Shown: positions 45,548 through 59,452, counted from the first letter of the whole stretch. The stretch is 63,941 bases of DNA, filler included, from Collodictyon triciliatum (GCA_043381765.1; 7 parts of 7 records of this genome joined end to end with filler, not necessarily neighbours in it); one strand, 5' to 3'. Program-made: numbers and translations. Notes: generated by a model not told the origin, from the letters alone.

Positions 45548-46262
45548 GATCTAAGGTACGAGATATTTTAGCGCGGTTGAATAGGGTCACAGAAAAAGGG
45601 ACTGTCCCTCGTCCTACTTATTCTAAGAGCTTGGCTATTTTTTTTTTCTTCTTTTTTTACCCTTGAAGCAACAGGCACGATGGCCCAGGAACAAAAGCCC
45701 GGCGGCGAAGATTGGGCCACAAGACAGCGAGATGACTCCCACGAGTTTGAGCAGTGAGGGAAGGGTTTCGGTTGATTTGGTTCTTGGCAGTTTCGTTTGA
45801 CATATCCCAATTGTGGAAAATATAGGTTTATTTGAGATTGGGCTGTGTCGTTTGGGGGCTTGTATCTCCCGAGTTCGGAGATTTGTAAAGTGTGCGTTGG
45901 GTTATAATAGGCAGCTCATAGGTTATTCTATAAATCTAGGTCAGGGTTTCACTTCCGGCAAAAAAAACAAACAACAAAAAACAAAAAACAAAAAAACAAA
46001 AAACAAGAGAACAGAACAATATCAAGAATAGAAGAAAGAGGGTGTCCAAAATCCGCTGATACACATAGCCTGAGAACAACTTGGATGCTAACGGAAGATG
46101 GTAGTCAACCGGTGGTAACAAAGTCTGACAGTGTTCTGGTCGGCGATATTCGTGCCTTGTTCCCTAGCAAAAGTGCAATTCGAATACCAGGCTGTTAAAT
46201 CTTTTGCAATTGTACTTTTTCTTTATTCATGTAGATATGTAGCAGGAGGAGGCACACGTCAT

Positions 46263-47617
46263 TCAGTTTAAAAGGAACTTGATAGATAGTTTGTTCCGTG
46301 AGCACATGTCATTATAATCTGCTGGTATGGTCGCATGGACAGACTGCTTATTCTCGAAAGTTTCTACGCAAAGTCGCTTTGACTGTTGTAATTGAGAAAA
46401 CTCGATACATGAAGAACTCCGTTTCATGGATTGATGGATAAAATCATCTCTTTGATGATCATTTAAATTGTGTTGAATGCTGCTGATAAGTACAGGCTCT
46501 GATCGAGTCATGCACAAGAGCTCATCGAAGGAACAGAGCTGCTCGCCAGTGTGATTGCTAAAGTAAACACTGACATCTGGTTGGTTGAACAGCTTGGATT
46601 CTTCCATGGTGGACATTAAAGGGTATGGAGCATTGATCTCTCTCCACACAATGTCCTTAGTTAGCCTACGTTGACAGTCTTGCAGCCAACGGGTGCGGCA
46701 TTGGATGTCTGTCCGACCACCAACATGGCGTGCAATCAGAGTCCATGCGCTGGTTCCATAAATGTCTATGGCCTTTTGAAGCCTAAGACTTTCCTCATCA
46801 GACCATGGTCCTAACCGCGCAATAAATAAAAAAGAGAGAAGAATTAAATTAAAACCAATCTTAATAATCAAGTTGCGAAGGGTCGGTGAACGCAGATAGT
46901 TGAGTCAATTTTTATTAACAGTCAAGTAGCACCACAAAGATTAGGTGATAGTTCACAAACTCCCACGTCCTTTTTTCTTTTCCTTTTAATTCTGGTTGTT
47001 GCTGAAGTGAGATATTACCTTTTTTTATCGATGGATTTAGCGTGCGGCACCAGCGCTGTGAGCATTGCTCAGCTGAGCGGATGGTTAGCCCACCTGACCT
47101 GATTAATAAGGTAGTGGCTATTTGGCTCCAACTATGTCCGCACCTGTTTGTCAGGCGTCACAAGGTTGAGCATTGGGATTTAGGAAACAAAACAAAAATA
47201 AATAAAAGGGGCTACAGGTCCATGTAGACAAATAATCTTAAGTTGATGGGTTATGTCTTAACGCCTTATTATTCAAATATGCCTTTTTTTTTCTATCTTT
47301 CCTTCCTATGAGAATAAAATCAGACCAGACACCGTTTCGAAGGATGTGGTCCTCAGCTAGCGTCCAAGCACCGGCATAGCGCTTTGGCCTATAAATGTGG
47401 GATAAACCATTCGTCAATCTTATATATAGGTTTCTCACAAAAACAAGGGTGGGATTCTTAAGTATTTGGTAATTTTGGATGTTTTATTGCTCTCTTTTTC
47501 ATGTGTGAATATATGGTAGAGTATGGGCGTTAACCTTTTACGACAAGGTTGAGTGGGGTGCTTATTCAAAATGTCGCTTTTTGGGGCTCCTTGATCCACC
47601 AAGTCTGCTATTTTCAT
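46263..47617 (-). CDS. Two-repeat Myb-like transcription factor; 5' end uncertain
   Basis: GAWTLAEDHIL...WSQIA...RSAEQCSQRWCRTLNPSIKKG|PWSDEESLRL...WTLIARHVGGRTDIQCRTRW. Confidence 0.85.
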
Positions 47618-48989
47618 TTGATTCTAGAGTCTCGCACCTTCAATGATTTCTGTGTCAGGAAAAGCAGAACTATAGTGGCAGTTATCTATTTTCCTTCTTT
47701 ATCAACATTTTTTTAAAGACAATAAAATAAAAAGATAAGATAAGAAAAGAAAAGAGACAAGAAAAAGAAAAAGAAAAAGAAAAAGAAATAGAAAACAAAC
47801 AAACAAACAAACAAACAAACAAACAAACAAACAAACAAACAAACAAACAAACAAACAAACAAACAAACAAACAAACAAACAAACAAACAAACAAACAAAC
47901 GAACGAACGAACGAACAATCGGTCTAACAACATAGGGCGGTGTACAATTAGAGGCAGAAAAGAAAAAATATTGTGAGTTGCAACGAAAGATGCTCAGGAG
48001 AGTGTCGGGGTTACGGCCACCATGAAGTTCACTTGTACTGTTGGAGAATTGGTTTTGAGGAAAGAGCTTTCACATTCATAATGACTCTGCTAGAAAGACA
48101 CCAACTGATCCTGCTCGGCGTTAAATACTACATGAATTCCCAAGCGCAGAATGTTTCTTTGAATTCATACAGTGCGAAAAAAAAAAAAACAGACAAACAG
48201 ACAGAAAGCCGATCGAAAGAACGCACAAGCAGAACAACATATATCTATTAAGGACGAGGACATGGATGTAACCGAGGTAACAATGCATGAATTTTATCGT
48301 TCAATTCTCGTGGGCGCCCTTGATGCGTCAAAGTGCAGATGCCATAGGACACACAATAAACCGTATTCCCAGCCCCAATAAATAGGCACGGCTGTTCCCT
48401 GGCCTATATTGGGAATCTGTAACGGTTGTGGCTGGGAATAGCAGGAACGAAGGGCAGGAATCGCACTGCCACGCAAAACAAATCAAAAACAAAGCTGTGG
48501 GAAGTCATCTAATTCATGAGCAGGTTAAGGAAAAGAAAAAGAGGATCAGGTGGAGATAAGTGAGTACATACATTGAGAAGGACGAAAGAAAATCGAACAA
48601 TTCCGCAGAAAATATCGGTGCGCAGAAAAGAGTAGATTTCTGGTTCAGATGTTCATTTTTCCGTACAGATGAAGGTGTGGATATGAGGTCGCCGCATTGA
48701 TACTGGCTTTCATTTTGCTTGTATTTTCCATTATTTCGTCAGTAATTCAACTGATTCTAATTGCGCAGAAGGAAAAACATAGAGAAATGAAGAAGACATA
48801 TGGAGGGGTGGATAATTCAGTCTTTTTCTCTTTATTCGATAAAAATAGACAACTCTGTCTAATTTGCTCAAACATCACAATGTAAAACCTTCTGCATAGT
48901 AAAGATGCAAACTAACCAGCAGAATAAACTGCCAGACCAAAAGTTAAACGTGTTTTGAGTACATTTATGAATGATTCATGAATTTCATA

Positions 48990-50247
48990 CTTGATTGGTC
49001 ATGGCATCCCAAAGTCCATCACTCGCTAGAATCATAAACTTTGCATCGCTCTCAATTTCATACGAGGTGAAATCAGAGTCTGGAATGAAATACTGAAATG
49101 GTGGGCTTCTTACACGGCATTGATAGCAAAAAAAAAAATTTGTACATAAAATATTAACTCGATGGAGAATAAATCTCACAGACATGTTGGTTTTTTTTAA
49201 AATATATATATAAATCAATAAATCAATTAAGCGACGAGTCCAATGAAAACTGTGCCTTATCCAGAGGGGTATCTCCCAACGCACGGGACACCGCCAGTAC
49301 ACCCTGCACCCTCCACACGCCATGTGATAAAACAAAGCCGCCCGCTTCTTCGATTTTCCTTTTTTTTTTTTTTTTTCATCATCCCATTGAAACATTACTC
49401 GATTAGCCACATCCGAAAATAAAAGGTTTCCACGGCTGCGAGTAATGCGAAAGCATGTTAAGAGGACATAAAAGAAGAAAAAAATGTGTGAATTCTTGTT
49501 GAAATGAATTAAATAATGTATCTTTACTGATGGCTTATGGCCTTTGGTGAGTTGCAAATGGGTTCTTCCTGAAAGTAACGGATCAGATATTTTACAAAGG
49601 GATGATTCGTTTGATGCGAGAAAAAAAAATTGAAAGAGAGGAACTATATCAAGGTTTCACAAACTATCAGTACAACAAAGGACCGCTCTAGAATCCTATA
49701 TATTGCCAAGTAGTATATGCTTTCCAACAACAACGGCCATGACTGCTGCGCTACCTCCTGCAATACGCTTTTCGTCTATTTCCTGGTCAATTTCTATCAC
49801 TGCGATTGGAGGAACCGACGGCAGCACCTTCATCCAACGCCTGGAGAGCAAAGTATTATTATTTCTAGGGCGTGCCAGCAACGCATCCTTTGGTGCTGAA
49901 ATCTGTTTGATTGAAGGATGCGCTGCAATCTTTGCTATAAAGTTGCTTGTGCGTATTCGCTGCATCCGTGGCCTCCGTGTCCATTAAACACTGCAATCAA
50001 TGCCAGCGGGATGCAGCTCCAATCTTTTTGTTCTGAACGCTCATCTGCTGAGTCGCATGAGATATCAATGTCGTATATGGCCTGGAGCAGATACGGTTCA
50101 ATCAAAAGGCGATCCTCCTGGCTGTGTCGGCGTCCGATGCTGGTGGCTGATCCATAAGAAACTCGTGGGATGCACCCAACGCACCCGAAAGAAAAAAAGA
50201 GACACAGGAACAAGCGCAAAAAACGGAGGGACTCGTGGGTTCGTCAT
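48990..50247 (-). pseudogene. Protein phosphatase 2C with multiple disabling lesions
   Basis: GRRHSQEDR; AVFNGHGG (normally DGHGG); frameshift near 49945; NI-TAG-DSRAVL at 49696-49698; LTKGHKP (normally DHKP); [22 protein letters not shown]. Confidence 0.75.
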
Positions 50248-50483
50248 TGGCTCCAATCTCTGTAGTCTCGAGACCGGCGCTGTTGAGGTATTAGCAGTTG
50301 ACCACCTTTTCTGTACTTGGCTCGTATTAACTATAACCTCAAAATAATTTAAAAAACATTAAAAAAAAAAAAAAAAANNNNNNNNNNNNNNNNNNNNNNN
50401 NNNNNNNNNNNNNNNNNNNNNTTAATTAATTAANNNNNNNNNNNNNNNNNNNNNNNNNNNNNNNNNNNNNNNNNNNNAGTAAA

Positions 50484-50522
<39 letters not shown>

Positions 50523-50844
50523 TAAAAAAGAAAAGAAAAGAAAAGAAAAGAAAAGAAAAGAAAAGAAAAGAAAAAGAAAAAAAGAAAAGCAAAAAAAAGT
50601 AAAAAAGAAAAGAAAAGAAAAGAAAAGAAAAAGAAAAAAAGAAAAGAAAAAGAAAAATATAAAGAATAAGATAAAACAAAAACACAACGAGGCAAAACAA
50701 GCTTCGTCTACCCTCCAAGCCCCACCAGAATATGCACATACGCACGCAGCTTCTATCCTCCACACCAACCCAAGTTTTTTTTTTTATTTATTGAATTGCA
50801 AGCCCCGCCCAAGGAGCGGAAAAGGCAGAGACAAGCAACTCCGA

Positions 50845-51714
50845 TCACATTGCCAAGCGCGGGGTTTCCACGCTGGTTGTCTGCTCGGTCACAATGACAG
50901 CCTCCTCGTACTGAACCAGGTCGCCGTTTATATAGCGGACACCCATCATGTAAATCATATACGTGCGAGACGTGTAGGTGACGGAGGCCATGTGGAAGTT
51001 GGAGGAGGTATCAGAGGCGCCAGAATCGACAACAGTGGTGGAGCCTCCCTTTGAGGCCGGCTTGTCTTTGCGGCAGAATAAATAATACGCGAAGAGAAAT
51101 ATGACGCCGAACATGATGAGATATCCAACAAACCAGAAGGGGAATGTGAGGACGAGCATGATGACGGAGGCAACGAGCGTGACGCGGACAACCTGGACAT
51201 ACTCTTCATCGATGAGGAAGCTCTCGTTGCAGCCGACGTCGATTGCGCCGTCCAGGAACGTGTATGCGCTGCCGTGGGTGATGAGGAGCGCGATGCTTGT
51301 GCCGGCCAGGACGAGTCCATTGATGGTGAAGGCGTACTGCCGAATCTTGAGATGGTGGCGCAGGACCCACGAGATGAAGATCTGGAACACAAAGAGGCAC
51401 AGCACGGCAATGGTCAGGCGGGCCTGGTACGGCGGGTTGTAGCGGTCAATCATCTTGTCGCTGCATTCCGAGTCGAAGCCAGAATACATGACACACTCGT
51501 AGTCGTTGAAGCATCGGATGGTCCCGTTGAAGTTCAGGCACGAGATGATCTCGTTGACTCCGTCTCCACATGGGTGCAAGGGCGACTCCGGGTCCAGGAT
51601 GATGGCCGGCAGGCAGAGCGAGAGGACAACCACAAAGAGCACCGCGATGACAACCCCGACCCACTTGGCCGAGAGCTTCAGCCTGTACTTTACTAACTCC
51701 TCCGTTTTGTTCAT
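50845..51714 (-). CDS. Intronless multi-pass membrane protein (289 aa) with a Cys-rich loop
   Basis: Uninterrupted ORF with strong G/C bias at third codon positions and about 4-5 hydrophobic segments. Confidence 0.75.
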   Translation of the reverse strand: MNKTEELVKYRLKLSAKWVGVVIAVLFVVVLSLCLPAIILDPESPLHPCGDGVNEIISCLNFNGTIRCFNDYECVMYSGFDSECSDKMIDRYNPPYQARLTIAVLCLFVFQIFISWVLRHHLKIRQYAFTINGLVLAGTSIALLITHGSAYTFLDGAIDVGCNESFLIDEEYVQVVRVTLVASVIMLVLTFPFWFVGYLIMFGVIFLFAYYLFCRKDKPASKGGSTTVVDSGASDTSSNFHMASVTYTSRTYMIYMMGVRYINGDLVQYEEAVIVTEQTTSVETPRLAM

Positions 51715-52522
51715 CAGGTTGGGGTGGGGTCTGCATGTGTGGGATTGTTAGTGGGCATCTGTGATACTGGGTACACGGATTTCATCTGCTTGCATTATGT
51801 GCGTTCTGGTCTTCATCCCCATCCCATGAAGGCTTCGTGGATGGCACACTGTGATGGATGGATGGATGAATGGATGTGTATTATTATTCGGTACGGTGAT
51901 AAGTTGATTGTAGTTGTAGTTGTAGTGGTTGTTATAGGGAGACGGATGTGATGAATATATACGTTTGAATGAATAAAGTAAACCACCGTTTTTTTTTTTG
52001 AATGAAATTAATAGCAATGAGGGCCATGGAAGAAATGAGGAACAAATTATGAAATATAGAAATATTTTGCGAGTTCAACATATAGCAATATAGAAAACGA
52101 GACATGAATGAGAAAACGCGTAAATTCTTGAGAATATAAATGCAAGTGATGAATAATATCAATACTAAAGGGCGAATAAGGAACTCCTAATGGAATGCTG
52201 ATGCACCCCTCTCCTGCGATGTCGGCTAAGGTTAGATTCACCTAATTCTCTCCTCTATTTTTCAAATTCCTTTTATATTTTAGTTGTTGGGCGCTCTCCA
52301 TTGCAGAAATAAATAGCTTTGCGTGGTATTTTGCAGCTGAACTATGGCCATATGTGAAGCTCTTACTATTCACCAAGGCAACATGGCGTGCCTCAAGTTC
52401 TGTTTGTTTCGCATACACACAATAGCTGGGTATTCCGATGAGAGCGTAATAAAATCTATCATGCCAAATAATCATATTTTCACCCCTTGTATGGCTCAAC
52501 CTTATTATATGTATATATATGT

Positions 52523-52626
<104 letters not shown>

Positions 52627-54430
52627 TGAAAGCAGTTGCGTACATTCTCAAAATGCATCGTATTCAGCCACCTATCCTTATCTTTTGTTCCGTCATATAA
52701 TAATATTTCGAATGCGTCGTAAAATCATCGTCTGGTCAAGAAGGTGCCAGATTGCTCCCGCCCGTCGGTAGTGTTTCTTTTCTACTTGTGAAGTAGGGCC
52801 TGAGGAAACACGTATCATTTCTCCTCTCCCCACTCGCTTGATCTTTCCCTCTCCCTATTCTCACACCCCATCAGTGTTGCCAGCCCCCGACAGGATGCAT
52901 AGGCTTTCCGTTGGAAGTTCCTTATTCGCCCTCTGCTGTTGTGTTGCGCTTACGCCTTATACCCTCCGCGTTCTACCCGATGAAGCTTTGTTTTGCGCCA
53001 ATCCGTCCCAAAATGTCTTTCATGTAATTCGCTACATTCCTCTTCCTCTCTTGCGCCAATAAATGGTAATGTAATATCAGACGCAATTTATGAAGATGAA
53101 GCACCAAATAGTCCCCTAATAATAAAAGAAGTGGATATCAATAGACATTGTGCATTAGGTAACAACCGATGCAACCCTGCCAACTATCTACTGATCACAC
53201 GCCCGCACGCGCTACTTTATTTTTCATCGTACTGCTCAACTACCTCGCGAGGATTTTCCTCTCCATATGATAAGCAAGATCTACTTCTAACTTTTGTTTT
53301 TATCCGAAGAAAACGCAAAACATGTTTCGCGTGCTAGAATCACAGGCGTAGATAAAGGACAACTAGTAAAATCAATAATGAAGAGGAGGAAAAACGATCG
53401 TAATTCAGGCAAGGGCCAAAAAAAAAGTCCATAAAAAAGAGCTAAGTCCTGATAAATAAGATGTAATAAAACGAGATAGTTAAAGTGTGCTGCCAAGTCA
53501 TTCTTTTGATGATACTCCCAGACATTCGAGCGTCTTAGTAAACAACTTGGTGCCCTCTATGGGAGAGAATGCTTGCGTTATAGCAATAATTACGACACAT
53601 GTCCCCAGAACTTGACTGTGATTCTGGTGATTGTGATAAGAATACTGTGCATTTCGCAAGGTTCGTTGCAGTTTCAGATAAAATACCACAGTAACAGGGA
53701 GTATGAAATCAGCTGCTGCGCCACGACGAGAAATATATAATCACGCTTTTTCTTTTCTTTGAATCGAATAACAGAAAAAAAAAATAATCACGCTTTTCCT
53801 ATGGCAGCCTGACGCCCACTATATTTTCCTTTTTGACGCAGACTCTCCGCTGGATGAAAAGCAACCGGAGATACAATTGCGACGCTGCTTTTTCAGAACT
53901 AGCCAGTGTGATTGTCGAAACAAACTCTTCAAATCAAGGCCACGTTAGCCCACTGCATCTATCACATCATCAAAAAATGTTGGACAGTTGCTGTGACCGC
54001 AGCGTCAGCCGGCTGACCGCGTGAGCTTGGTAATGTCGCCCTCCTTGAGATTCCAATTGATATTTATTATTTATCATATGTTTTCTATCATAATTTAATG
54101 CACTAGTCATGAAAATACCAATATTACGGGCTAAAATAACCAAAAACTATAAATTCCAGATTGAAGATATCCACGCCGAAAAAATGGAACAAGCCGCCAC
54201 ACAGAAGCACTGCAATCCAAACGACGCCGAAGAAATCAAAGGCCTTTGCAAAAAGCAGGGCGACATACGCAATCAACAAACGCGCACACGACAGAATGCA
54301 AATACCGCGAATAAGACAGAGACTTCTGGTGAAGTAATCTTTATCTATTCTTGTATATGGTGGCTAATACACGCATTGTCTATACCTGCAAAAGAAAGGG
54401 ATAAAGAGCGGATCATCAAACAGCGATAGA

Positions 54431-56021
54431 ATGTTGCCAACTGTCGGATTCATCGGCCTTGGAAACATGGGTTCTCGCATGGCTGCCAATCTTCTTCGTG
54501 CTGGCTTCCCTGTGATTGTGAATGACGTCAACAAAACTGCTGTCGAGCAGGTTCTACTTTTGCATAAAAACAAACCAAACAGGCAATGAAGGCATTCTTT
54601 TTCTTTTCTTTTCCAAAAGCAAGCCAAAGTTGACCCAGAACTGAGGCAAATAGAAAACCTGAAACCCAGGATCTTAATTCAAGTGCTATATTTATCCTTT
54701 CAAACAAACCAGGCAGTCCAAAAAGGCGCGCAATCCGCTCAGTCTCCTGCCGAGTTGGCCGCCAAATCTGATACTGTTGTAACTATGCTCCCCTCTCCGG
54801 CACTGGTTCACAGCGTGTATGCTGGTATACACTTATTTAATCAATCAATTTATTTGATTATTTGATTATTAACCACTTCTTGCGCCTCATGAATTCTTAT
54901 TTCCAATACATCACCGCATTAACAGGTTCCAAGGGTGTTTTGGAGGGAGCGAAGAAAGGAGCCCTCTTCATCGACTCCAGCACGATCGATCCAAAGACAG
55001 CGCGTGATGTAACAGGCCTTGCTCTATCGATCGGAGCAAATATGGTAGATGCCCCTGTGTCCGGAGGTATTTGATTTTTTATGCTAGTTTCTATGTATGA
55101 AAGAGTTATACATGAGTGATTCGACAAATCGTCTTTCGTATTAGCACGTGATATGATTTTTGTAAAAGTACTATCTACTAGCACAAGTTGAAAGGGACAC
55201 GAAGAAAAAAATGTTACCTCAATTCATAACCTTAACTTTAGGAATAATGGCTGCTGAAGGTGGAACACTCACATTCATGGTGGGGGGAAATGATGATGGC
55301 TTCTCACGTGCAACGCCAGTCTTGCAAAAGATGGGCAAAAACATCGTTTATTGTGGCCCATCAGGTAATCTTGTGCATTATGTTTTTCTCTCTCTTCTAA
55401 TCGCAAACAAAACACTCTATGAAACCTTGTATTTCGATTAACATGCAATTTAATTAAGGCAATGGGCAAGTGGCTAAGATTTGCAACAATCTCGTCCTCG
55501 CCATTTCCATGATCGCTGTGAGCGAAGGTGACTCTTTTGTCTTATTCTCTGTAGCGTAGGAGGATATGCCTTCATTTCGTATGAGAATGGTGTTATATTT
55601 ATACCGTGTACATTTTATTTCATTCCAGGCATGAATCTCGGTGTCAAACACGGAATGGATCCAAAAATCCTCGCTGGAATTTTCAACACTTCAAGTGGAC
55701 GATGCTGGAGCTCTGATACATATAACCCATGCCCTGGTGTGATGGAGAATGTATGATTCTCTCACAAGATTTCTTTCAAATATAAACCTCTTGGACTCAC
55801 TGGCGTTACATCAAACAAAGAAACAAATTAACAAATTAACAAATTAACAAATTAACAAATTAACAAATTAACAAATTAACAAATTAACAAATTAACAAAT
55901 TAACAAATTAACAAATTAACANNNNNNNNNNNNNNNNNNNNNNNNNNNNNNNNNNNNNNNNNNNNNNNNNNNNNNNNNNNNNNNNNNNNNNNNNNNNNNN
56001 NNNNNNNNNNNNNNNNNNNNN

Positions 56022-56117
<96 letters not shown>

Positions 56118-56615
56118 AACAAATATCGTATTTAAATATACTACATCCTTGCATTAGGTTCCTTCCTCACGTGGATATACCGGGGGATTTGCTGTGAATC
56201 TGATGCGCAAAGCACGATTATTAACTTTGAATATATAACGAATCCTTTTAAATGACTATATTAGAGCATATCAAGTGAATTTACAAATATCCAATATGGG
56301 CGATTTGTGACAAACTCTACTCTTGTGATTGGATATAGGATTTGGGGCTCGCTGTTCAAACGGCAGAATCGATTCACGCACCTTTGGTTCTCGGAAGCGC
56401 TGCAAATCAGCTGTACAATCTTCTCAGTTCTCACGGATACGGGGAGAAGGACTTCTCATCAGTTTTCCAGGTATCGCCTGACATACTGCTGATTCATCCC
56501 ATTGTCTTATTTTTCCATGTGTTCTTGTATATGGCTTCGTGACAAAACACTTAAGTATGAATGATTAAAAATCCTCCATTCGCAGTACCTCCAAAAAATC
56601 GAGCAGAGCAAGTAA
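54431..56615 (+). CDS. HIBADH: 3-hydroxyisobutyrate dehydrogenase
   Basis: [74 protein letters not shown]. An upstream targeting exon is possible. Confidence 0.95.
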
Positions 56616-57280
56616 GAAGCCACGGGCCTGAAGAGCCCATGCGAAAGACCCACCCATACCAGCCATCTGAATGCAAGTTTACTTAACCCACTTTGCACTT
56701 TGAATCAAATAAATGAAGAAAAATGTAATTGAATCGAATGAAGATAAACAAACAACAAAATGGGCGCAGCAAACGAGATTAGATAGTCAGCTTTTATATG
56801 ATTACAAGAGCACAGTCCAATGTATCGGCCTTTTTTTTTCTATATACCCCAATCCCGTCGCCATTCATATGGAAAAACCGAAGATGATATATAATTTACA
56901 CAAGTGGATAATTAGTAATTGTGCCGAAAACATCAAAATCAATTTCTTTTCGCTATATTTGTCACGCATTTCCATGTGATTTGGTTGTGCGATTGGACAA
57001 AAAGGCAGAAGGTGTGCGTATTTGCGTCATACACTCGGCACATGTCGTCACACTGACACAAGCTGAGGGCAAGAGCATGAAACGACGTGACAGCAACGCA
57101 CCAGCTGCAGCTTGTACAAATAATCGACAATCAGCGACATTCTCTTAGGAATTCATTCATTCATTCATGTGACGCCTCCGTCATATCCCACAGACATGGG
57201 CTAGGCAGCAAAGCTCATAATCAAAAAGCAAAGAGAATCACTGCCATATTTCGATTTGCAGCTCCGTCTACACACACCAG

Positions 57281-59283
57281 ATGGCACCACCACCAAAAGA
57301 CATACAGTATCAAGAAGGCTTTGGAAACCACTTCTGTAGCGAAGCTGTCGCAGGTTCACAGTCCCTCTAACCTTTGGATGATTATTTTGAGTTGACGATG
57401 TACTTCATGTGCCTTGTCCAATCCGAAGTCGGACATGCTTGGAGTGTATTAGACAAGATGAGAATATAGATTGACACAATATTATTTACACCAAACCATT
57501 TCAGGGGCCTTACCAACTGGCCAAAACACACCGCAGTCAAGTCCATTTGGGTTGTACGCCGAACAAATTAATGGCACTGCATTTACTTGCCCACGTACCA
57601 GCAATTTCCGAAGGTACTTTGAGCCATAACCCAAACGAAAATGATAGCGTTCCAAAAAGTTCCTACGAATCGAGTATAAAAACTAAAGCTTTTTTTTTTG
57701 TTGTCTCTTTTTACGTTTTCATACGTAAATATTTTAGCTATTAAGACATTCTTATTCTTACTATTGGGAATTATATTAGTTGGGTTTATCGCACGCTTCC
57801 TGCCGTACGCCACGAACCTTTCCAAGCGTATGATGCAGCCTCGACCCTGGTCGTTAATGACTTCAGCAAAGGCCACGTAGATCCCGGTCAAATTCGCTGG
57901 CTTCCTTTCGAGCTCCCAAGCACCAGCGAAAGGGTTGATTTCTTGCAAGGTATCAAAACTGTTTGTGGCTCAGGGTCACCACAAACAAAGAGTGGTTTGG
58001 CAATTCACGTCTACACTGCAAACACCAGCATGGTTCAAAAATCCTTAGCGAATGCAGATGGAGATTTCCTTATTGTCCCCCAACTTGGAGATTTGGATGT
58101 AATGACAGAGTTTGGTCGACTATACGTTCAACCCAATGAAATCTGTATCGTACCTAGAGGAATACATTTCTCTGTTTCGCTTCCCGATGGCCTTTCGAGA
58201 GGATATATTTTGGAAGTGTATAATGGTCACTTTAAGATTCCAGACCTTGGGCCGATTGGTAAGTCTATATGGTATATCTGCCTGTAATTATAAAGAGTGA
58301 AATAAATAACTCAATTATAGGATATGCTCTTTGGGATGAAAAGACCGCTTCTTAACAATTAACAAATATCCCTCACTTAAATCGCTCACGCAGGGGCGAA
58401 TGGATTGGCGAATCCTCGAGATTTTTTGGCTCCCGTAGCTGCCTTTGAAGACATAGATGTTGACTTTGTTGTTGTCCACAAGTACTTGGGCAGATTCTTT
58501 TCCGAAAAACAAACATTCTCGCCCTTTAATGTTGTTGCGTGGCACGGAAACTATTACCCGTACAAGTACGACCTGGCAAAATTCTGTGTTGTGAACACAG
58601 TCAGCTATGACCATCTTGTGGGTCTCAATATTTTGTATTAAATCGTTTTCATAACCGTATTTTCCGGCATTTTTGAATATTTCCTTGAAGTTTTCATAGC
58701 AAAGTGACAATATTTTCTCTGTGTCAAGGACCCTTCCATCTTCACGGTCCTTACATGCGCCACTATGGAGCCCGGTGTGGCAGTGGCTGATTTCGTCATA
58801 TTTCCGCCTCGCTGGAGCGTAGCTGAAAGGACTTTTCGCCCGCCATATTATCACCGCAACGTAATGTCCGAGTTCATGGGACTCATCCACGGAAGCTACG
58901 AGGCAAAACAAGCTGGGTTCATGCCAGGCGGCGCCAGCCTTCATTCATGCATGACCGCACACGGACCCGATATGGAATGCTTCGAGGCAGCGACAACGGT
59001 AAAAGTTCACAAAGTAGCTCTGCTTCCAATCGCCCAGAGCACCCGAAACCATCAACGTTGTAAAACGTGACAGGGATTTAAGTCAACAAACTTTGTGCAG
59101 GCCGACTTAAAGCCTGCTCGAGTTGCGGATGGGACGATGTCGTTTATGTTTGAGACAACATTCATGCTGGCACTTACATCTTACGCACAATCGCCTGGCT
59201 GTGTGGATGCAGACTACTCCAAGTGCTGGGCGCCTCTCAAAAACCACTTCCGTCTTTGGCACCAGGCCTCCAAGGGCGAGTGA
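57281..59283 (+). CDS. HGD: Homogentisate 1,2-dioxygenase
   Basis: [98 protein letters not shown]. Confidence 0.97.
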
Positions 59284-59368
59284 GGAGCGATGTCTGTGCT
59301 GGATGCATAAAAGAAAATCGAAATAAACAAAAAGAGACTTAATGGGACGCGGAGAAAAATGTTTAACA

Positions 59369-59452
59369 TGCCGAAAGTGGGGTTCGAACCCACGCGGTGA
59401 TAGACACCAGGGGATCTTAAGTCCGCCGCCTTAACCACTCGGCCATCTCGGC
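59369..59452 (-). tRNA. tRNA-Leu (anticodon TAA)
   Basis: GCCGAGATGGCCGAGTGGTTAAGGCGGCGGACTTAAGATCCCC...GTGGGTTCGAACCCCACTTTCGGCA: acceptor stem, long variable arm, TTCGAA T-loop and a downstream T-run. Confidence 0.93.

Noticed and set aside
47600..52250. TAG reassignment (in-frame TAGs near 47628, 49696 and 52242; no modelled gene ends in TAG)
   Set aside because: Long conserved exons of HGD, HIBADH and calnexin contain no in-frame TAG. Two cases can be splice acceptors, and the PP2C case co-occurs with a frameshift.
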